Assembly (NCBI GenBank): GCA_007135335.1
Contig: SLJB01000188.1
Coordinates: 1-53,408, forward strand
Direction: 5' to 3'
Origin: Balneolaceae bacterium
Lineage (GTDB): Bacteria > Bacteroidota > Rhodothermia > Balneolales > Balneolaceae
DNA length: 53,408 bases
Notes under the pieces: model-generated
The model's input: the letters and a program-made list of their open reading frames with translations, nothing else
What the model was told of the DNA's origin: nothing
Databases searched by the model: none
Shown here: one piece after another, positions 20,028 to 29,133 of the stretch
Numbering within the stretch: position 1 is the first letter of the stretch
How the letters are laid out: each line of letters opens with the position of its first letter
Program-made: the position numbers and the translations under genes

Positions 20028-21458
20028 TTACGAACCATGATTAATAACCACCGTTTTAACAGCGGTAACATCAAAAAGAGCTTCAAAGCCCTTCTCACGG
20101 CCAAACCCGCTCTTTTTCATGCCGCCAAACGGAAGCTCCACTCCGCCGCCGGCACCGTAACCATTTATGTATACCTGCCCGGCATGGATGGCATTAGTCA
20201 CTCGGTGCGCCCGGCCGTTGTCTTTTGTCCAGACTGCGGCAATCAAGCCGTACTCCACATCATTGGCAATACGAATGGCATCAGCCTCATCTTTGAAAGG
20301 AATGACCGCCAATACCGGACCAAACACCTCATTTTGTGCGATAAAGCTGTCGTTGTTTACTCGTCCCATCAGTGTAGGCGGATAGAAATATCCTTTGCCT
20401 TCAGGCTTTTTGGCTTGAGCAAGAATTTTTGCTCCATTCTCCTTGGCACGTTTCACAAATTCTTCTACCCGCTGCAGCTGTTTTTTGTTGATGATGGGTC
20501 CGATATCAGGATTCGTATCAGCAGGGCCTACTTTAATTTTTTTAAATCGCTCAATCAGTTTATCCACAAAATCATCATGAATATCTTCCTGAATTACCAA
20601 ACGCGAGCCGGCAGAACAGGTTTGGCCTGCGTTCTGAATGATGGCATTCACCACTACGGGAAGTGCTGCATCCAGATCGGCATCGTTAAAAATTACCTGC
20701 GGAGATTTTCCGCCAAGCTCCAGCAAAACGGGACGTATGTGATTAGCTGAATTTTTCATGACCTCAATTCCCACTTCCGGTGATCCTGTAAATGCCATGT
20801 GATCAATTCCGGAATGATTGGCAAGTGCAGCACCCGCTTCCTGACCAAGCCCGGTAATAAGATTAAGAGTACCTGCCGGAAAATCGAGTTCTGAAATCAG
20901 CTCAAAAGCCCGTACCACGGCAAGGCAGGCATCTTCGGCCGGTTTAAATACCACGGCATTCCCTGCTGCCAGTGCGGGTGCCAGAGTTCTGCCTGTCATC
21001 TGCAGAGGATAGTTCCACGGTATGATATGGCCGGTTACACCAAGAGGAACCCGTTGTGTATAAACCGTGTAACCGTCTTTAAATGGAATGGTATCTCCAT
21101 GAAATTTATCAGCCGCACCGGCATAAAATTCAAAGTAACGGGCAATGAGCGTGGCATCGGTTTTAGCCTGCTTTATCGGTTTGCCGGTATCCATCGATTC
21201 CAGTTCAGCCAGTTCATCGCTATGCTCCAGTAATATCTGAGCTGCTTTATATAGTAATCTACCACGATCTTCAGCCGAGGTTTTACCCCATTCACCTTCA
21301 AAAGCAGCACGTGCAGCTTTCACAGCTTCATCCACATCTTTCTCGCCACTTCGGGCAATTTCACCTGCTTTGGTATCGTACGATGGGTTCACCATATCAA
21401 GTCTACCGAGTGAACCGTCCTTCCATTTTCCGTTGATATAATTTTGTGCTTTGGTCAT
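20028..21458 (-). CDS. NAD-dependent aldehyde dehydrogenase
   Basis: IIPWNYP, FTGS, LELGGKSP, catalytic Cys in NAGQTCSA, EVFGPV and PFGGMKKSGFGREKG. Confidence 0.95.
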   Translation of the reverse strand: MTKAQNYINGKWKDGSLGRLDMVNPSYDTKAGEIARSGEKDVDEAVKAARAAFEGEWGKTSAEDRGRLLYKAAQILLEHSDELAELESMDTGKPIKQAKTDATLIARYFEFYAGAADKFHGDTIPFKDGYTVYTQRVPLGVTGHIIPWNYPLQMTGRTLAPALAAGNAVVFKPAEDACLAVVRAFELISELDFPAGTLNLITGLGQEAGAALANHSGIDHMAFTGSPEVGIEVMKNSANHIRPVLLELGGKSPQVIFNDADLDAALPVVVNAIIQNAGQTCSAGSRLVIQEDIHDDFVDKLIERFKKIKVGPADTNPDIGPIINKKQLQRVEEFVKRAKENGAKILAQAKKPEGKGYFYPPTLMGRVNNDSFIAQNEVFGPVLAVIPFKDEADAIRIANDVEYGLIAAVWTKDNGRAHRVTNAIHAGQVYINGYGAGGGVELPFGGMKKSGFGREKGFEALFDVTAVKTVVINHGS

Positions 21459-21469
21459 GGTACTCTGTT

Positions 21470-22777
21470 TTATTTTATGATTAATTCCGGTATCAGATCT
21501 TCTGGATCTGAGTGCAAAATCCAGTCTGATATCATGCTTGATCTATCATTTTCAACACCCGCGTAATTCATCAGACCCTTAAACTTTTTGATCAGCTCTT
21601 CTTTATTCAGCGGATTCTCAGGATCGCCTTTCGCCGATTTTATTACGGAAACAGACTCACTTTTGGCCATTTTTACTATTATCTGTGCACCCCAATGCCG
21701 CGGAAAAGCATCCTCAAATTCTTTCCCGGTTCGAACGGTTATTTTTGAGATCAGCTCTGATGCCCGCTGCGAATCAAGCTGATTTCCCTCAAAATGCTGA
21801 AGGACAGGAAATCCTTTTTCAAGGGCAAGACTCACACAGTATTGAATGCTGAATTTTGCAGCAAACGTGGAGTCCGGCATTGGATTGTCCGTAATTCGAA
21901 GGGCCGTTTCGTATGTAGTTATATCAATAGACTCAATTTCTTTTGTTGGAATTTCTGAGTCTTCATTTTTTTGCCTGATTTCAAGAGCAGCGTCAATAGC
22001 GGGGTGTGTGTGCCTGCAAGAGGGATACGGTTTGATGGACGTTTCACTCAGTTTCCATCCGTCTGACGGTTTCGTAACGGCGCCGGGATTGGGATCGGGA
22101 CAGAAACCTTCAAAAAAACCCTTTTTGCCTTCAAATATTTTTTCTGCTCCTGTAAAGTTTTCGGCAGCAAGAAGTGCAGCTTTTAATCCCGCTTCGGCTG
22201 CATGGCCTGCATGCAGGTGTTTGCTCATTGCGGCATCTTCGTTGAATTGCCAGAGGCCTGCAGCCTGAGTTCCCGCATTTCCCATTGCCCACACAAACCT
22301 GTCTTCGCTCAATTCAAGCAGTTTCGATGCAGCAGCAGCAGCCCCGAATACACCGGTTGTAGCCGTGTTATGAAAAATCTTATAATGCCCGGGCCCCACT
22401 CCCTCGCCAACTCTGCACATAACCTCATATCCATAAAGCGATGCAAGCAAACACTCTGTAAAACTTTTCTTTAAAAACCGGGTAAGGTGCCACGAAACCG
22501 GAAACACCACACACGCCGGATGCGTTACCGAAGCTCTGTGTAAATCATCGGTTTCTGTGATGTGTGAGTGAGCTGCCATCAGAAATACTTCCTGCAGCAA
22601 ACCGGTTCCGGCCCACTTAGAATTCCATCTGCTTAGTATTTCACCTTGATTTGTAACCGTCCCGGCCGCGTAACAGCCCATCCAGTCGAGCATAAACAGC
22701 CTTGCATCCTCCAGATCATTTTCTGCAACTGATTTTTCCTCCAGTAAATGATACAGCTGCCGGCTTATTGATTCCAT
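21470..22777 (-). CDS. MmgE/PrpD family protein (isomerase/epimerase/decarboxylase-type)
   Basis: ETDDLH..SVTHP, GYEV, HNTATTG, KHLHAG, KPYPSCRHTH, AKFSIQY and KGDPENP. I chose the ATG at 22777 (MESIS..), which overlaps the end of the upstream gene. Confidence 0.9.
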   Translation of the reverse strand: MESISRQLYHLLEEKSVAENDLEDARLFMLDWMGCYAAGTVTNQGEILSRWNSKWAGTGLLQEVFLMAAHSHITETDDLHRASVTHPACVVFPVSWHLTRFLKKSFTECLLASLYGYEVMCRVGEGVGPGHYKIFHNTATTGVFGAAAAASKLLELSEDRFVWAMGNAGTQAAGLWQFNEDAAMSKHLHAGHAAEAGLKAALLAAENFTGAEKIFEGKKGFFEGFCPDPNPGAVTKPSDGWKLSETSIKPYPSCRHTHPAIDAALEIRQKNEDSEIPTKEIESIDITTYETALRITDNPMPDSTFAAKFSIQYCVSLALEKGFPVLQHFEGNQLDSQRASELISKITVRTGKEFEDAFPRHWGAQIIVKMAKSESVSVIKSAKGDPENPLNKEELIKKFKGLMNYAGVENDRSSMISDWILHSDPEDLIPELIIK

Positions 22778-23616
22778 GAATAAACCCACTTTACAGTAGC
22801 CATCATCGCTATTTTATTATCAGGGCCGAGAACTCTCATTTCAGCTCTGGTATTATCCACATCTTTACTGGTAATCGTTATCTCTTCGCCCAGATAAATT
22901 GGGCCTGCGGCTCTATATTCAACCTCCTCAATCACTTTTCCATCGCTTTTCGATTTGAATGCATTCAGCATCAGGGTGAGCAAAAACGGGCCGTGCACAA
23001 CCAGATTCGGATAACCCTCTTTTTCATGGGTGTATGGATAATCATAATGAATTTTGTGCCCGTTAAATGTCAGTGCAGAGTACCGAAACAATTCAGCTGA
23101 GGTAAGTAAACGGTTTTTTTTCCAGTCAAAATCGATATCCATCGGTTTGGTTCTGATGGGGTGTGCACCCTCTTCTGATTTTTCTCTGTACACAATTTGC
23201 TGCTCTTCATCTACAGCCACTGAACCCGATGCGCTGATCTGATGCCGAACTGTAACAAAACAGAGTTTTCCGCTTGTTCCCTCTTTTTCATCAATCTTTA
23301 CAATAGTTGATTTTTTATCAGCCGGATTTCCGGTCTTCAGAGGTTTTTTGAAGAGAATTTTTCCGCCTGCCCACATTCGAACGGGCAGATCAACCGGGGG
23401 CAGAAAATCCCCTTTTTTTGCGTGGCCATCATCAGCAATATCCGATTGCCTTTCAATGGGTGTAAAATATACCCAGTGAGCGCATGGCGGCAAGGTAGTG
23501 CCGGCCCGGACATCACCGGTTTGTCTATCCATAAGTGCTTCAAACCGCTGAAGCTGTTCAGGTGCCATTGTATCACTCTGATCTTTCGATTTACCAATCC
23601 ACTCTTTGTAGTTCAT
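22765..23616 (-). CDS. Double-hotdog (MaoC-type) hydratase, itaconyl-CoA hydratase / mesaconyl-C4-CoA hydratase-like
   Basis: WIGK, LPPCAHWVYF, DGHAKKGDFLPP, RMWAGG, IVYRE, LFRYSALTFNGHKIHYD and EGYPNLVVHGP match the Ich/Meh group as recalled. Confidence 0.88.
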   Translation of the reverse strand: MNYKEWIGKSKDQSDTMAPEQLQRFEALMDRQTGDVRAGTTLPPCAHWVYFTPIERQSDIADDGHAKKGDFLPPVDLPVRMWAGGKILFKKPLKTGNPADKKSTIVKIDEKEGTSGKLCFVTVRHQISASGSVAVDEEQQIVYREKSEEGAHPIRTKPMDIDFDWKKNRLLTSAELFRYSALTFNGHKIHYDYPYTHEKEGYPNLVVHGPFLLTLMLNAFKSKSDGKVIEEVEYRAAGPIYLGEEITITSKDVDNTRAEMRVLGPDNKIAMMATVKWVYSWNQ

Positions 23617-24743
23617 TCTTCAAACTCCTTTTTAATTTTTTCATCATGTTCTCCAAGCGCAGGAATCGGACCAAAATCTGATTCAAAGCCTGAGAAAATT
23701 GCAGGCCTGTCGGCCATTTGAATATCCCCTGCAGGCGATGCAATTGTAGTAAGCCGCAACTGAGGATGCTCCTCAAACTGTGCCATTGTGTTCAAGTTGG
23801 CATACGCTATTTTTTGCTTCTTCAACTCATCCAATACCTCATTATAACTTAATTCCTTGAATTTCCGTTGGATAATGCTGTTCAGCTCCTCCCGGTTTTT
23901 AACTCTGAGCGAATTTTTACTGAACCGTTCATCCTCCGGGCTGATGGCACCCTCCAACAAAATATCACAAAACCGCACCCATTCACGCTCATTCTGTATC
24001 CCGATCATAACTTCTCTGCCGGAAGCTGTTTTAAACGGGCCATAGGGAGCTATAGCTGCATGGTGAACACCGGTTCGGGCGGGTGCTTCCCCGCCATATT
24101 TCTGATGCAGCCAGGGAACCATCATCCAATCAGCCATGGCATCAAACATGGAGATTTTTATGGCCACACCCTCTTCGGATTGTTTGCGATGAATCAGAGC
24201 TTCAAGAATGGCAGAATACGCGTGCATGCCCGTACTGATATCGGCGATAGAGATTCCAACTTTGGCACGAACATCTCCGGCACCCGTTACATCAATCAGC
24301 CCGGTTTCTGCCTGCACAAGATTATCATAGGCCTTCATCTCTGAATACTCACCCTCTTCACCATATCCGCTGATGTCGCAGGTAATGAGCTGCGGGTGAA
24401 TTTCCCTGAGTTTTTCGCTGTGAAGATTAAGCTTCTTCAGCGCGCCGGGTGCCAGATTCTGAATGAATACATCAGCTTCTGCAATCAGTTTTAAAAATAG
24501 CGAGCTACCCTCATCCGATTTTATATCAACCCGAACGGATTCCTTCCCGCGATTCAGCCAGGTAAAATAGGTGCTTTGTCCCTTCACCACTTCATCGTAC
24601 TGCCGCGCGAAATCACCTGTACCTTCTCTTTCAATTTTGATGACTCGTGCACCCGCATCAGCGAGTCTGCAACTGGCAAACGGCGCCGATACAGCCTGTT
24701 CTATACTTACAACGATAATCTCCTGCAGAGGTTTGAATTTCAT
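23613..24743 (-). CDS. Family III (CaiB/BaiF) CoA-transferase, itaconate CoA-transferase-like
   Basis: EQAVSAPFASCRLADAGARVIKIER, WLNRGKES, QNLAPGA, KAYD and SIADISTG (catalytic Asp). Confidence 0.92.
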   Translation of the reverse strand: MKFKPLQEIIVVSIEQAVSAPFASCRLADAGARVIKIEREGTGDFARQYDEVVKGQSTYFTWLNRGKESVRVDIKSDEGSSLFLKLIAEADVFIQNLAPGALKKLNLHSEKLREIHPQLITCDISGYGEEGEYSEMKAYDNLVQAETGLIDVTGAGDVRAKVGISIADISTGMHAYSAILEALIHRKQSEEGVAIKISMFDAMADWMMVPWLHQKYGGEAPARTGVHHAAIAPYGPFKTASGREVMIGIQNEREWVRFCDILLEGAISPEDERFSKNSLRVKNREELNSIIQRKFKELSYNEVLDELKKQKIAYANLNTMAQFEEHPQLRLTTIASPAGDIQMADRPAIFSGFESDFGPIPALGEHDEKIKKEFEE

Positions 24744-24783
24744 CGATTCTATTATTCAAATATCAAAAAGTTAACTTTACAAC

Positions 24784-25947
24784 TCAGTAGGATCTTGGCA
24801 GGCCAAGTACATGCTCAGAAAGGTATGCCAGAATCAAATTTCTGGATATGGGTGCCACCTGATAAAGTCTTGTTTCACGGAATTTTCGTTCAATGGCAAA
24901 ATTTGCATCAAATCCTCGCCCGCCATAGGTTTGCATGGCTACATTAGCGGCTTCCCATGAGGCTTCAGAGGCCAGCAGAAGTGCTGTATTTGCTTCTTCG
25001 CCACATTTTTTACCCGCTTCAAAGATTGCGCATCCTTTTTTCACCATCATTTCGGCGGCCAGCATGGAAGCATAGGCACGGGCTATCGGAAACTGAATAC
25101 CCTGGTTCTGCCCGATCGGGCGCTCAAACAGCTCTCTTTGATTAGCCCAGCTAACTGAACGGTTAATAAACCACTTTGCATCGCCCACGCACTCCGAGGC
25201 AATGAGCAGGCGTTCGGCGTTCATCCCATCAAGAATATACCGAAAACCCTTACCCAGCTCACCAACCAGATTCTCATCCGGGATGAATAGATCTTTAATG
25301 TAGATCTCAGTAAGTGAGTGATTCATCATGGTTCGGATGGGGCGAATGTCCAGGCTTTTACCCTTCTCTTTTCGCATATCCACAAGAAATGTCGAAAGTC
25401 CATCCACTTTTTTTTCAACATCTTCAAGCGGGGTCGTGCGGGCAAGCAGAAGCATCAGATCGGAATACTGTCCGCGCCCAATATAAAATTTATGGCCATT
25501 TACCAGATAGCCGCCATCTACTTTTTTTGCGAATGTTCGCAGCTTTGTGGTGTCACTACCCGTGTGTTTTTCCGTTACGCCGAACACCTGGAGCCGCAAC
25601 TCACCAGAGGCAATTTTTGGTAGATATCGCTGTTTTTGCTCCTCATTTCCGTGCTTTAACAAAGAGCCCATAATGTACATCTGCGCATGACACACCCCTC
25701 CGTTGCAGCCGTTGGCCTGTATCTCTTCCATAATAGCAGTGGCTTCAGTAAGCGTTCGTCCTTCACCGCCGTATTTTTTTGGAATGAGTACAGATAACAG
25801 TCCGCTTTGGCTCAGTTCATCCACAAATTCAGATGGATATTTTCTGTTTTCATCGAGATCCTGCCAATACTCGTCCGGATATTTTTTGGTGATTTCACGG
25901 ACTCTGCTTCTTAACTCTTCATGCGTTTCTTGTAAACTTATATTCAT
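24784..25947 (-). CDS. Acyl-CoA dehydrogenase (candidate methylsuccinyl-CoA dehydrogenase)
   Basis: CHAQMYIMG, FGVTE..TGSDT, NGHKFYI, GMNAERLLIA, RPIGQNQGIQFP and RETRLYQVAPIS. Substrate inferred from context. Confidence 0.92.
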   Translation of the reverse strand: MNISLQETHEELRSRVREITKKYPDEYWQDLDENRKYPSEFVDELSQSGLLSVLIPKKYGGEGRTLTEATAIMEEIQANGCNGGVCHAQMYIMGSLLKHGNEEQKQRYLPKIASGELRLQVFGVTEKHTGSDTTKLRTFAKKVDGGYLVNGHKFYIGRGQYSDLMLLLARTTPLEDVEKKVDGLSTFLVDMRKEKGKSLDIRPIRTMMNHSLTEIYIKDLFIPDENLVGELGKGFRYILDGMNAERLLIASECVGDAKWFINRSVSWANQRELFERPIGQNQGIQFPIARAYASMLAAEMMVKKGCAIFEAGKKCGEEANTALLLASEASWEAANVAMQTYGGRGFDANFAIERKFRETRLYQVAPISRNLILAYLSEHVLGLPRSY

Positions 25948-25972
25948 ATTCTACCTCTGTATCATAAGTTAC

Positions 25973-26815
25973 CTAATTAAATCTTTTCGCTCGTTCAACA
26001 ATCCGTTTTGCCTGATGGATCACAGGCGGTTCCAGCACCATGCCCCGCCACGCCACTGCATGTCCGCCGGCTTCTTCAAAAATCCGGATCATCTCCCCGG
26101 CATCTTTAGCTTCTTTTTCGGATGGAGTAAATATGTTGTTAATTAATTCTATCTGTGCGGGATGTATGGCGGCCTTTGCTGTAAATCCAAATCGCTGAGC
26201 CTTTTCTGTTTCATGCTGAAGCCCGTTCAAATCATCTAATCCAAACCACGGCATATCGATTAGAGCAAGTTTAAGGCCGCCGGTACTTCGGATAAATTCT
26301 GACCGATAGGCAGAGAGCACATCCCACTCTTTCGAGCAGCCAAGTTCCATTGCCAGATCGTGTCCGCCAAAAACAGCAGCTGTAACCAGATTTATACTCA
26401 TTATTTTACGTGCGCTTTCCAGACCTTCTGAAGTTTCAATAAGCGGAATAAGCTGCGTTTTTTTGTCGAACATAATGAGCTGTTTCCCCAAACGCTCAAG
26501 GGGTTCCGGCCCGGTAAGTTTTGGTACCATAAGCCCCCCTGCAGGCCGGCTCAACTCCCTGATCATCTCTATATCACTGTTTCCGGCATCTGTTTCGGGC
26601 GAATTGATTCTTAACATAACCGGCACATGAGCTGTTATACCATGCTCAAGAAATGCAAAAACTTTGGATCTTGCGTCTCTTTTTTCAGCAGCAGGCACAC
26701 TGTCTTCAAGGTCAATGCAGATAGCATCCGTACCGGATGCCACAGCTTTTTCCCACTTATCCAGTTTACCGGCCGGAACAAAAAGCAGGCTGCGAATGTG
26801 AGTTAAGTTATTCAT
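25973..26815 (-). CDS. CitE/HpcH-HpaI family CoA-ester lyase (citramalyl-CoA lyase-like)
   Basis: RSLLFVPA, IDLEDSV, LRINS, VPK, LIET, GGHDL and GFTAKAAIHPAQI. Confidence 0.92.
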   Translation of the reverse strand: MNNLTHIRSLLFVPAGKLDKWEKAVASGTDAICIDLEDSVPAAEKRDARSKVFAFLEHGITAHVPVMLRINSPETDAGNSDIEMIRELSRPAGGLMVPKLTGPEPLERLGKQLIMFDKKTQLIPLIETSEGLESARKIMSINLVTAAVFGGHDLAMELGCSKEWDVLSAYRSEFIRSTGGLKLALIDMPWFGLDDLNGLQHETEKAQRFGFTAKAAIHPAQIELINNIFTPSEKEAKDAGEMIRIFEEAGGHAVAWRGMVLEPPVIHQAKRIVERAKRFN

Positions 26816-26834
26816 ATCAGAAATGGTTCTTGTA

Positions 26835-27389
26835 TTAATAATCTACGTTCTCTTTTTGAATGTATGATAAAACTTCGGGCCTCAATGAAAGTTTTGCCGC
26901 TGCCTGAAAGTGTTCATCAATATAGAGCCAGTCTTGCGGAGGCCGATTTTTCAGTTTCACCACAAATGTTTTCAGATAGAAGAGCCTGCAGTTATCTGCA
27001 GACAGTTCATAATCTTTTAGCAGTTTATTTCTGCTGAGAACAATTCCTTTCATCAGATCGATAGCTTCGTCATCTGCATCTTTCTCCGTTATTTTTAAAT
27101 CGGGAACAATGCCCTTCATCACACCGGATGAATGTATTTCCGGATAAGATGTTACTCTTTCACGAATCGGTCTCAGGCAATCAACTGCCACCAGATCTTT
27201 GTATGCCATACCTTTTTTCAGGTAGGTATCCATTTGTACTGTAACAGATACGTAGTACCATGGATACCAGAAGGTTAAAAATCCTTCTTTTTCATATTTG
27301 TTCAAAAACCTGCGAAACGGGTAAGCGCTTTTTATCCCGAAGCGAATCTGCTTATCACTAAGCTCTGCATGTACAGCTGTTTTCTTCAT
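26835..27389 (-). CDS. Hypothetical soluble protein in the catabolic operon
   Basis: A 184-aa ATG ORF filling the gap between the symporter (41 bp) and the lyase (19 bp). No recognised family. Confidence 0.8.
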   Translation of the reverse strand: MKKTAVHAELSDKQIRFGIKSAYPFRRFLNKYEKEGFLTFWYPWYYVSVTVQMDTYLKKGMAYKDLVAVDCLRPIRERVTSYPEIHSSGVMKGIVPDLKITEKDADDEAIDLMKGIVLSRNKLLKDYELSADNCRLFYLKTFVVKLKNRPPQDWLYIDEHFQAAAKLSLRPEVLSYIQKENVDY

Positions 27390-27430
27390 GAATCAGGATT
27401 TCTAAATATCCCGCTTTACCGAGATGAACA

Positions 27431-28933
27431 TTATTTACGAACCGGTGAAAATATTTCGTTTAACTTATCCTCCGGCATGGGCTCTGTAACCAGGCTTACC
27501 ACAACCATCACAACAGAGGCAAGAATTACGCAAACACCCGCTGCTCCAAATGGATTTTGCCAGCCTATAACCAACCACATTGCTGCATAGCTTACTACCC
27601 CCACAAGAAATGAGGAGATCGCGCCTGCCTTGGTGGATCTTCTCCAAATAGACCCAATCACAAGCGGGCCGGCTGCACCACTCATAATTCCTCCAACTCC
27701 TATCCACAGAAGTATAGCAAGGAAATCAGGCGGATTCCAGGCCAGCCACATCGCTGCAAAAACTGTAAGGATAGTGGCTCCCCGTGATATATTTAATGCT
27801 GTTTTTTCAACCTCTTTTTGAGATTTGTTGGGATGAATTTTGTGTGAAAACGTTTTTCTATACAGATCGTTACTGAAAATCACAGCAATGGATACAAATA
27901 GCCCGTCTGCTGTGGAAATAATGGCTGATAAAATAGCGATACCTAAAAACCCGGCAAGTGCGGGCGGGAACAGCTCCACAAAAAGTGCGGGGATAGCAGC
28001 ATCAGGACGCAACTCAGGACCAATCAGCGCCCTTGCATGCAACCCACCCAAAACAGCAAAACCAAGAATAGAACCAATTGGAATAGCCATGATTAAAAAC
28101 TTGCGTAACTGTGCCGAATCTTTCAGAGCGAATGCTTTATTGCCGATATGCGGGTTCATCGCAAAGGGCAAATGGGCAATAAACATCAGAATAACCAGCC
28201 ATAAACTGCCAAATATCGGATCACCGGCAGAGAAGTAGTTATCCCAGGTCAGGCTGGCATCCTGTGCACCAATCGCTGCATTGATCCCGGCAGCTCCACC
28301 TTCCGTTCCGGTTCCAAGAAAAAACATTACGGTTATCAGCAGGGCTATCAGCAGCATGAGCCCACCCTGAAATGCATCTGTTAAAATATCTGCATGCGAT
28401 CCGCCAATGGTTATGTAAATGCCGATAACTATCACCGTTACGATTACGCCCCATTGGTAATCAACCCCAAGCATTACCTCAAAAGCCGTTGCTGCGGCAA
28501 CAACCTGTGCCGTTACATAATAGATTAATAACAGAGATAGCAGTGCGAACCCAACCCTAAGAAAATCGCTATCGAACCGCTGACCCAGAAACTCCGGCAG
28601 GGAGTTCGACCGAAAAGCATCACCAGCCCGTTTTATCAGCTGCACAGATAAGATCAGCCCAATGTAAATTCCAATTGGATAAATTGCAGGATACCACAAC
28701 GCGGGAAAACCTTTATCATAGGCGAGCCCGGGAATTCCCATAAATGTGGCACCGCTGGCTATGGTTGAAGCCAGGGCCAGAACAAGGATGTATGGGCCGT
28801 ACGATTTTCTGGCAACGGCAAAGTCCTCGTCAGTTTTGGTTTTGGTCATTGCGTAAACGCCAATGCCCAATGTGCCAACAATAAAAAAGACTAACCAAAA
28901 CCAGGCCCAGGCACCAATTGAGAGTTCATCCAT
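27431..28933 (-). CDS. Sodium:solute symporter (PanF/PutP-like)
   Basis: 500 aa, about 13 TM segments. EDFAVA, ASGATFMGIPG, LPEFLGQRF, GGSHADILTDAFQG, SAIISTAD and WRRSTKAGA. Confidence 0.95.
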   Translation of the reverse strand: MDELSIGAWAWFWLVFFIVGTLGIGVYAMTKTKTDEDFAVARKSYGPYILVLALASTIASGATFMGIPGLAYDKGFPALWYPAIYPIGIYIGLILSVQLIKRAGDAFRSNSLPEFLGQRFDSDFLRVGFALLSLLLIYYVTAQVVAAATAFEVMLGVDYQWGVIVTVIVIGIYITIGGSHADILTDAFQGGLMLLIALLITVMFFLGTGTEGGAAGINAAIGAQDASLTWDNYFSAGDPIFGSLWLVILMFIAHLPFAMNPHIGNKAFALKDSAQLRKFLIMAIPIGSILGFAVLGGLHARALIGPELRPDAAIPALFVELFPPALAGFLGIAILSAIISTADGLFVSIAVIFSNDLYRKTFSHKIHPNKSQKEVEKTALNISRGATILTVFAAMWLAWNPPDFLAILLWIGVGGIMSGAAGPLVIGSIWRRSTKAGAISSFLVGVVSYAAMWLVIGWQNPFGAAGVCVILASVVMVVVSLVTEPMPEDKLNEIFSPVRK

Positions 28934-28939
28934 ATCAGA

Positions 28940-29029
28940 TTACGTCCAGTCTTCTTTTTTACTTACATAATAGATACCGCCCACCCAATAGATGAGAATA
29001 ATGATTCCTAAAAGGATGAGCAGATTCAT
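28940..29029 (-). CDS. 29-aa single-TM peptide, probable symporter accessory subunit (not in ORF track)
   Basis: Manual translation gives MNLLILLGIIILIYWVGGIYYVSKKEDWT*. Its stop is 6 bp before the symporter ATG. Confidence 0.75.
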   Translation of the reverse strand: MNLLILLGIIILIYWVGGIYYVSKKEDWT

Positions 29030-29064
29030 ATTTCAGAGGATGAAATTGGAGGTGGTATGAAGGT

Positions 29065-29111
29065 AAAAAATATAAAGCACCGGACTCTGTACAACCCAAT
29101 TTCCGGTGCTT
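29065..29111 (-). terminator. Intra-operon hairpin/terminator after the lactonase gene
   Basis: Perfect 10-bp stem AAGCACCGGA (29075-29084) / TCCGGTGCTT (29102-29111) with a 17-nt loop, followed on the minus strand by TATATTTTTT. Confidence 0.55.
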
Positions 29112-29133
29112 CAATTTAGTTGTTAATCAAAAA

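Noticed and set aside
20007-20750. 247-aa plus-strand ORF
   Set aside because: It is an antisense shadow of the aldehyde dehydrogenase and has no motifs of its own.
21470-26815. Reading the cluster as a methylcitrate cycle or citrate lyase operon
   Set aside because: There is no prpB/prpC or citD/citF. The Ich-type hydratase and family III CoA-transferase fit C5-dicarboxylate catabolism better.
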